The position numbers and the translations under genes are program-made. The notes under the pieces were generated by a model that did no database searches, was not told the origin of the DNA, and saw nothing but the letters and a program-made list of their open reading frames with translations. DNA of 64,000 nt. Origin: Candidatus Magasanikbacteria bacterium RIFCSPHIGHO2_02_FULL_48_18. GTDB taxonomy: Bacteria > Patescibacteriota > Patescibacteriia > Magasanikbacterales > UBA922. Positions 57,667 through 64,000 of this stretch are shown in pieces (position 1 is the first letter of the stretch; every line of letters starts with the position of its first letter). The stretch is from positions 67,640 to 131,639 of the forward strand of contig MFQC01000011.1 in NCBI GenBank assembly GCA_001784285.1, written 5' to 3'.

Positions 57667-59649
57667 TTATAACGTTACTTTGAGCGTATTCCCGACTACA
57701 GGGTAAGAATCTGAAGCCGTATATGGAAGAAGATTTTCATCACCGCCAATCGGTATATAGCTATATCCAACATTGCCATCCGTCCAATTCTTTTCAAAGG
57801 ATGCGTTACCCGATTGAAAACCAGCATCGCCGTCTATGCGCGAAAAAACATCCACAAATCCTGACGTTTTTCCATTCAGGGCATTGCTCGTATCCGCGAC
57901 AACAATAAACGTACGAGAAGAACCCTGGGCAATTATAAAATTTTCGAATAGATCATTCATATCATTGTTGGTGCCAAAATAAACATCAACCACATTCGCA
58001 AATTGACTTTTACTGCACCACGTCGGCACCCCTGACCCGGCGAGAGGACAATCATCGGTTACTGCAAGAAGCGTCCCAAAACCGCCAACCGAATTTGCTT
58101 CCCATAACTGCCAGTGTTGGATTGTTCCTGAGGGAGACATGCCAATTGATTGCAGTGTAACCGTTAAAAATCGAAGCCTCATCTCCCTGTCGCCATTATT
58201 GGTGATTTTGAATGTGAATAATTTTGCCTGACTTGATATTTCAAGATTGGGGTTCTCATTGATTGTCGTAATAACAGGCGCCGCATTATGAAAAAGATAA
58301 TAGGTTGAGGTGGCAAATGATTCACTGAACGTGTCACCTCCTGCGGTGTCGTCAATTTGTATTGGAGATAACTGAGCACCCGTCTGGTCAAATGACACGA
58401 TATCAAAAGCGCTATCACTTCGTACCACAAATACGTTGATACTTGCAGGATCCATGGTGCCGGAACCATTAATATCCGCTTTTAAGACGAGATATCGGAT
58501 GTCTCCTCCCGGAATCTGCCATGCCATGCCACTGAATTGCACGAAACCATTGCCTATCCCCGGAATATAACTGCCTGTGCCAATCGGCGTATTCATGTCG
58601 AGCGCATCATACAGCATGAGCGTGCCAAAGTTTCCTGCGAATTCATCATTGGCGCCATTTTCATCACGAACTTGAAAGGTGATTGTGTTCATGGTAACCG
58701 ACCCGTTTTGCGTTTGGACTTTCCACTTTCCCACTTGTTGGGACGCGCCGGGCAGGAGAATCTTTGACGCGGTTGACGCATCGTTTGTGGCCTGAATGAC
58801 AAGATTGACGCTCCCTATGGTCATGAATTGTCCCAACACATCACCGTCATTTTGTTGCAATTCCTGAGAAATAGAACCGGAGAAGCCAAAGGCGTCAATG
58901 ACCGTGGTAAAACTCATGGGAGAAACGCTGACTGAAATATCTGCCACGACTTTGGCAACGGCTGATTCTCCTGGAGAAAAACAAGACGACCCAATAAATA
59001 TATTCTGAGAAACCGACACATTGGAGTAGGTTGTTCCAAACGGCTCACCGCCGATAGAAACAGACATATTCTGGAGCGCGAGAAGGATGGTTTCATCTGT
59101 TTCGAAGGAGGTATCAAATGATACTCCAAGCGAGGAAAGACAGACAACTTCTTTGTTTGATGCCGGCGCTTTCAAAAGAAATTGTCCGACCGTTTGCGCC
59201 GCGCTCGCGGGAAGAAGCGTTTTTGATCCAAGAGAGGTATCCTTTACCACAATCAATTCTGCTGTGGATTCCGGCCCCGTTGCATTGATCTGAAATACCG
59301 CTTTATTCCCTTGAAATATGCCCACATAGGTAATAAAAAGTGACGAACCATTCGTGAGAGATGTTGTTGACTCTTTGGTATTGAACGGAAGTTTCAGCCA
59401 CGGGTCGGAAGCGCCACCCAGCATCACAAAAGCGCCCGCACTGGTAAAACTCCGGAGGGTGATGTTGATATTTGTTGATTCATGAAAGAGCGTATTCTTT
59501 TGACAAAGAGCAATACTCCCGCTCTCTGCAATGGCGTTGACACACGCGGGGTCTTTTACCTGAAACGCCCTGCTTGGCCATGGCAGAGCGAGTACCCCAC
59601 CAAAGATAAAAAGGCTAACTACAGCGAAAAACTTTGTTTTTTTCATCAT
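57667..59649 (-). CDS. secreted Ser/Thr/Asn-rich beta-rich surface protein (hypothetical; candidate S-layer or adhesin)
   Basis: signal peptide MMKKTKFFAVVSLFIFGGVLALPWPSRAFQ; 660 aa, low complexity S/T/N/G-rich; C-terminal Cys pair. Confidence 0.5.
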   Translation of the reverse strand: MMKKTKFFAVVSLFIFGGVLALPWPSRAFQVKDPACVNAIAESGSIALCQKNTLFHESTNINITLRSFTSAGAFVMLGGASDPWLKLPFNTKESTTSLTNGSSLFITYVGIFQGNKAVFQINATGPESTAELIVVKDTSLGSKTLLPASAAQTVGQFLLKAPASNKEVVCLSSLGVSFDTSFETDETILLALQNMSVSIGGEPFGTTYSNVSVSQNIFIGSSCFSPGESAVAKVVADISVSVSPMSFTTVIDAFGFSGSISQELQQNDGDVLGQFMTIGSVNLVIQATNDASTASKILLPGASQQVGKWKVQTQNGSVTMNTITFQVRDENGANDEFAGNFGTLMLYDALDMNTPIGTGSYIPGIGNGFVQFSGMAWQIPGGDIRYLVLKADINGSGTMDPASINVFVVRSDSAFDIVSFDQTGAQLSPIQIDDTAGGDTFSESFATSTYYLFHNAAPVITTINENPNLEISSQAKLFTFKITNNGDREMRLRFLTVTLQSIGMSPSGTIQHWQLWEANSVGGFGTLLAVTDDCPLAGSGVPTWCSKSQFANVVDVYFGTNNDMNDLFENFIIAQGSSRTFIVVADTSNALNGKTSGFVDVFSRIDGDAGFQSGNASFEKNWTDGNVGYSYIPIGGDENLLPYTASDSYPVVGNTLKVTL

Positions 59650-59726
59650 AGAAAAAAATAAAAATAAGCGTTGTCCTGACAGGCTTTTTCTAGTATATAT
59701 AAGAGACAAAAAAAAGCAAAAGAATC

Positions 59727-60893
59727 TTACACCCGCTCTTTCAGCCGAGCAATATGCCCCAAAAACTGCTGAGCGGTTTTTTGCCATGTAAACTCCTGCG
59801 CCCGTTGCTTTCCTTTTATGCCTAAAGCGGACGCCCATGCTCTTTCTTGAAACAACCGAGCGAGTCCGCGCGTTATTTCTTCGCTATTCATTGGGTTCAC
59901 AAAGTACGCGGCATCCCCTGCCACCTCCGGCAGTGACGACCGTGCGCTCGTTATAACCGGCGTGCCGCTTGCCATGGCCTCAAGAACCGGAAAACCAAAC
60001 CCTTCGTACAAACTTGGATACACAAAAACGCGCGCCAGCGCGTACAATGCCGCCTTTTCTTGCGAGTCCACATAGCCCAGAAATCGAATATCCGGCGATT
60101 GCCGCATGCGAGAAAGGATGCTCGTATTTTTCCACCCCTTTGCTCCGGCAATGACGCATGCACAATCGTCAAAAAGATTGGGATATTGTTTTTTGGCCTG
60201 CGCAAATCCTTCCAGCAACGCAACAATATTTTTTCTTGGTTCAATCGTTCCCACAAAAAGAATAAAATTTTTCGGCAACTGATATTTTTTTTGGACATCT
60301 TCGGGCGAAGACATGCCGAATGCCTGCATCGACGAAGAAAGGCCCGGGGGCAGGACATGAACCCGGTCTTCTGAAATCTGATAATACTCAACAACATCCC
60401 TCTTTGTATTTTGTGAAGGCGTAAAAATGATGGCCGCTTCATGACATTGTTTTTTTGGTTGGAGCAGGGAATGCCACAGCCGCTGTTTGGGCGTGTAGCA
60501 GTCAGGAAAATATTCAAACGAAAGATCGTGAATAGTCAAAACATGTTTTACTTTGGGAGAAATCGCGGTAAAATTCAAATTCGGAGAAAAAAAGATATCA
60601 ATCGGAATATCTTTTTTTTGTTGGTGCGTGATGAGCCGATCAATTTTTGGCTGCCGAAAGAGAGCCGTGGAAAGATGAAATATTTTGTTTGGGTATCGCG
60701 TATGAATATACTGAACATTCGAAAAAGACCGCGCGGGCAAGACGTCGGCAACCGAACCTCGCGCGTTGGAAAACAAAATATACGTGTTTATGTCATCACG
60801 AGCAAAAAGCGCGGCCAACAGCCCAAAGGTGTATTCCGCAACCCCGGTCCGTTCATGGGAAAGAAGACTGCGGATATCAATGCCGATCTGCAT
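59727..60893 (-). CDS. glycosyltransferase family 4
   Basis: VFVYPSLYEGFGFPVLEAMASGTPVITSARSSLPEVAG; start taken at MQIGIDIRSL (typical GT4 N-terminus), overlapping the upstream gene by 17 nt. Confidence 0.75.
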   Translation of the reverse strand: MQIGIDIRSLLSHERTGVAEYTFGLLAALFARDDINTYILFSNARGSVADVLPARSFSNVQYIHTRYPNKIFHLSTALFRQPKIDRLITHQQKKDIPIDIFFSPNLNFTAISPKVKHVLTIHDLSFEYFPDCYTPKQRLWHSLLQPKKQCHEAAIIFTPSQNTKRDVVEYYQISEDRVHVLPPGLSSSMQAFGMSSPEDVQKKYQLPKNFILFVGTIEPRKNIVALLEGFAQAKKQYPNLFDDCACVIAGAKGWKNTSILSRMRQSPDIRFLGYVDSQEKAALYALARVFVYPSLYEGFGFPVLEAMASGTPVITSARSSLPEVAGDAAYFVNPMNSEEITRGLARLFQERAWASALGIKGKQRAQEFTWQKTAQQFLGHIARLKERV

Positions 60894-62019
60894 ATTGCCA
60901 CACGTCAAGGGCGCACTGGAGAAGGCCGCGCTGTGACTCTTCATAGCGGTCTTCCACGTACTGCCGTATGCGACGTTTAAAATTGGCCGCATCAAACCGC
61001 CCGGCTTGTTTGCGGATATGAGCGCTATCCCATTCCGACGGATGAAAATGAATGACGGCGTCGAGCAGGGATTCCCATGTTTGTTCATGAAAAAAAATAC
61101 CGGTTTCGCCAGGGATGACGGTCTCGGTGACCCCCCCAACACCATACGCAATAACCGGCCGGCCGCTCGCCATGGACTCAATCGGCGTAATGCCCAAATC
61201 TTCAACCTGCGGATGAATAAACGCGCGCGCATGAGACAAGAGATCGGCTTTTTGCTGTTCGTCCACTTTTCCGAGAAAGAGAATATTCGATTTTGCGTAT
61301 TTTTTGAGCCGCTCCATTTCGGGTCCGGTTCCAAAAATCTTGAGCGGAATGTTCAGTCGGTTGAATGCTTTTATCAAAATATCGAATCGTTTATAAGGCA
61401 CGAGCCTCCCGCCGGACACAAAATAATCGCCAATATCCGGAGAAACAAAAAACTGATCGACGCCAACCGGCGGGTAGATGACGTCGCTTTCGCGGCGGTA
61501 ATATTTTTGAATTCTATGCTGTACGGTTCGGGAATTTGCAAGAAAATAATCCACACGGTCAACACTCATCGTGTCCCACAGCCGAAGACGGTGGATAAGG
61601 CGCGGGAGAAATGCTTTGATCCATCGGCCGTATCGAAGATCTTCAATATATTCATGCGTGTCTGTCCATAAATACCGCGTGGGCGTGTGACAGTACGAAA
61701 TATGCAGTGTTTCCGGCCGCGTGAGCACTCCTTTTGCAAACGCGCTGGTCGAAGAAATCACCACATCAAATTGATGAAGGTTGTGCCGTTCGGTCGCAAC
61801 CGGCATCCATGGCAGATACCACCGGTAATGACTCTTATGGAATGGGAGTTTCGCAAGAAAAGATTGGCGGACATCGGCATGATGAAAATCCGCTATTTTT
61901 TTCTTGTCATGAAATAAAACAAACAAAGGCGCTTCCGGCCATATCTCGTGGAATGCCTTGAGGACGCGTTCGGCGCCGCCGTCTTGCGATAGATAGTCAT
62001 GGACAAGAGCAACCTTCAT
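60877..62019 (-). CDS. glycosyltransferase family 4
   Basis: MKVALVHDYL...GRLVPYKRFD...ITPIESMASGRPVIAYGVGGVTETVIPGETGIFF. Confidence 0.8.
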   Translation of the reverse strand: MKVALVHDYLSQDGGAERVLKAFHEIWPEAPLFVLFHDKKKIADFHHADVRQSFLAKLPFHKSHYRWYLPWMPVATERHNLHQFDVVISSTSAFAKGVLTRPETLHISYCHTPTRYLWTDTHEYIEDLRYGRWIKAFLPRLIHRLRLWDTMSVDRVDYFLANSRTVQHRIQKYYRRESDVIYPPVGVDQFFVSPDIGDYFVSGGRLVPYKRFDILIKAFNRLNIPLKIFGTGPEMERLKKYAKSNILFLGKVDEQQKADLLSHARAFIHPQVEDLGITPIESMASGRPVIAYGVGGVTETVIPGETGIFFHEQTWESLLDAVIHFHPSEWDSAHIRKQAGRFDAANFKRRIRQYVEDRYEESQRGLLQCALDVWQYADRH

Positions 62020-62021
62020 AG

Positions 62022-62858
62022 TTAGATAATAATCATGGGAATCGTCTGTCTGAATATGTTGTCGCTGTGTGGCGCCTGAGGCGACAAGAGGGCTTTCCGA
62101 GATGCCCGTATAATTTTCCGGTCCGGGTCAGAAAAGAGGGCGCTCCCATGGCCATCTTTGAGAGAAAATATACTATACAATATATATGATCGAAAAGAAA
62201 ATGGATGTTTTGTATAGCAATCATACGCTTTTTCTATCATAGAAAAGACATACGCGCAATCATCTTGAGATATTTGGCTTTTGGGGGACAGTTTGGAGCA
62301 AAGAATGCGCTGACAGAGAATTTGGTCGTCCGTCCCCATATCCGGCAAGACATGCTCCCGTATTCCCCGAATGGAAAACAGAGGCACCCCGTAAGGAATG
62401 GCTATATGTTTTCCAAACGCCAAACTCCATAATGCCTGAAGCAGGGCTTTTCCCGCGTGATAGACAGATGCTTCTCCGGCTGTCGTGCGAGAGAGAAAAA
62501 ATTCTCGATATGCAACTTTGAGCGCCGTGTTTCGCAACAATCGGGCATCATACGGCGAGCAATACCAAGCCCCTTGTGCATCCCACCCTTCTACAAAATA
62601 CAACTTATGACGAACAAGCGGCATCGCGGAAAGAATAAAGCTTGGTGTGATACCAAGCTCTTGCTTCAAATGACAAATCGTTTCTTTCTCACGAACAAGA
62701 CGAAATAATTCTCTCAGAGAATATGCGACCAAGTGGCAATCAATATCGCTGAAGATGCCCGCCTCGCCAAAGACATGGCTGCCGGCAAAAATAATTTTGC
62801 CGTGAAAATTGATCCGCTCACAGAGCAAACATATATTTTGTTGGAACCGCGCATCCAT
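62022..62858 (-). CDS. nucleotidyltransferase-domain (Pol-beta superfamily) protein, hypothetical
   Basis: IFAGSHVFGEAGIFSDIDCHLV fits the GS-x9-13-DxD NTase motif. Confidence 0.45.
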   Translation of the reverse strand: MDARFQQNICLLCERINFHGKIIFAGSHVFGEAGIFSDIDCHLVAYSLRELFRLVREKETICHLKQELGITPSFILSAMPLVRHKLYFVEGWDAQGAWYCSPYDARLLRNTALKVAYREFFLSRTTAGEASVYHAGKALLQALWSLAFGKHIAIPYGVPLFSIRGIREHVLPDMGTDDQILCQRILCSKLSPKSQISQDDCAYVFSMIEKAYDCYTKHPFSFRSYILYSIFSLKDGHGSALFSDPDRKIIRASRKALLSPQAPHSDNIFRQTIPMIII

Positions 62859-62879
62859 ACAAGAGTAACCGGGCCAGAA

Positions 62880-64000
62880 TTACAGCGCCTTTCTTTTTTT
62901 CAATAAAATAAACGGCGTTTTCAGACAAATGATCATATCCAAGAGCACTGTCCATTTTTCAATATAAAAAATGTCCAATTTCATTTCTTCTTCAAATGAC
63001 AAGTCGCTTCTGCCGGAAATTTGCGCAAGGCCGGTAATGCCCGGCTTTAACGTAAATACTTGCTTGTACGTTCGTTCGTACTGGCGCACTTCCCGGGGCT
63101 GGTGCGGCCGAGGACCCACAACGCTCATTTCGCCTTTCACCACATTCAAAAATTGCGGCAACTCATCCATGCTTGAGCGCCGTAAAAAACGGCCAAAGGG
63201 CGTTACCCGAGGATCGTCCGGTATCTTATAAATCGGCCCAATGCGCGCACTCTTTTTTTTGATGAGCTCTTGCTCTTTTTTTTCCGCTTTTTTGCCGGAC
63301 GCGCCAAACTGCGGCCCTGTGGAATCTTCTTGATACATGGAACGAAATTTGAACGTAAAAAATGGCTTTCCGCGCAAGCCAACCCGTTCGTTCTTATAAA
63401 TAATTGGCCTTCCGGTTTCGAGGGCAATAACACAGGCAATCAAAAAAAAGAGCGGACTCAGAAGAATGAGAGCAATGATGCTGACGACCACATCAAAACC
63501 GCGCTTGACCACTCGTCCCCACCCATCAAGCGGCGTGCGCTGGAGCTCCACAATAGGAATCCCGGCAAGCGGATGAACCGACATGTTGCTCGCGATTGTG
63601 GCAAAAAGATCCGCCGAATATTTAAAAACGTTATGATGCTGGTTGCAAAACTCAATCGCGGCAACGGCCTCATTTTCGTGCGCGCGCGGATTGGTAAAAA
63701 ACAATTCATCAATATTCAGCAAAGCAGATGCCGCTTCTGTTTCTTTTGAAAACGTTTTGAAAACACCCACAACCGCGTATCCCAATTCTTTTCTCGATTC
63801 AAGCGCTTTTGTGATCCGGTCAGCAACAACGTCACTTCCAATGATAACGACACGACGAAGCCCCATTCCTTTCCGATAAAGCAATGCTTTCAATCCGCGC
63901 AGAAGCAGGCGTCCGAAAATTACGTAAACAATGGCAAATCCCCACGCGGCCACCACCAAAAAACGAGAATCAAATAATTGCTGTGTAAACATGACATACA
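62880..64000 (-). CDS. polyprenyl-phosphate sugar-phosphate transferase (WbaP/CpsE/PssY-type initiating phosphoglycosyltransferase); N-terminus probably outside the window
   Basis: KRGFDVVVSIIALILLSPLF...MDELPQFLNVVKGEMSVVGPRP...GITGLAQISGR 'bacterial sugar transferase' signature. Confidence 0.8.
   Translation of the reverse strand, partial: YVMFTQQLFDSRFLVVAAWGFAIVYVIFGRLLLRGLKALLYRKGMGLRRVVIIGSDVVADRITKALESRKELGYAVVGVFKTFSKETEAASALLNIDELFFTNPRAHENEAVAAIEFCNQHHNVFKYSADLFATIASNMSVHPLAGIPIVELQRTPLDGWGRVVKRGFDVVVSIIALILLSPLFFLIACVIALETGRPIIYKNERVGLRGKPFFTFKFRSMYQEDSTGPQFGASGKKAEKKEQELIKKKSARIGPIYKIPDDPRVTPFGRFLRRSSMDELPQFLNVVKGEMSVVGPRPHQPREVRQYERTYKQVFTLKPGITGLAQISGRSDLSFEEEMKLDIFYIEKWTVLLDMIICLKTPFILLKKRKAL

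Noticed and set aside
1-64000. CRISPR arrays, transposases, integrases, restriction-modification or toxin-antitoxin pairs
   Set aside because: No short regularly spaced direct repeats, no DDE/serine/tyrosine recombinase-like ORFs and no paired small ORFs were found. The only mobile-element-like signals are the MITE-like inverted-repeat element and the tRNA 3' fragment, both reported as uncertain.

Overview
The window is a cell-envelope glycan biosynthesis region interrupted by housekeeping genes, all inferred from sequence reading and the ORF track only. I ran no searches, so every functional call rests on recognised motifs. Positions 1-24,960 and 56,477-64,000 are dominated by glycosyltransferases (7 GT4, 4 GT2 including one pseudogene, and an initiating sugar-phosphate transferase), about 8 SAM-dependent methyltransferases, a Wzx-like flippase, UDP-glucuronate decarboxylase, an AsnB-family amidotransferase and three paralogous polytopic membrane proteins. 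Between them lie the str operon (rpsL-rpsG-fusA, with a perfect sigma70-like promoter), rpmB, ndk, tgt/queA, malic enzyme, mltG, FemAB, rpmF-nusB-rnc, transketolase, four tRNAs plus one tRNA-like fragment, a Fic protein and a UvrD/PcrA helicase. Gene content (UbiA fusion, C39-like domain, DUF4012-like giant membrane protein, few Shine-Dalgarno sites, many ATGA overlaps) suggests a Patescibacteria/CPR-like genome; that is inference only. The most notable signals are: (1) a ~115-nt multi-hairpin element present twice (20,855-20,970 and 34,160-34,275, same orientation) whose stems are preserved by loop-only or compensatory changes, making it a candidate novel small RNA or cis-regulatory leader; (2) a diverged tandem duplication of a lipid-linked glycosylation cassette in which one GT2 copy carries a frameshift in an A8 tract and is fused to a decayed membrane-protein gene; (3) a 13-bp perfect inverted repeat enclosing a 107-nt hairpin-rich segment upstream of uvrD; (4) an Arn-like undecaprenyl-phosphate-pentose toolkit without the Ara4N-specific enzymes; (5) two adjacent giant bitopic envelope proteins, one with a retroviral-type CCHC zinc knuckle. 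No CRISPR array, transposase, integrase or reverse transcriptase was seen.
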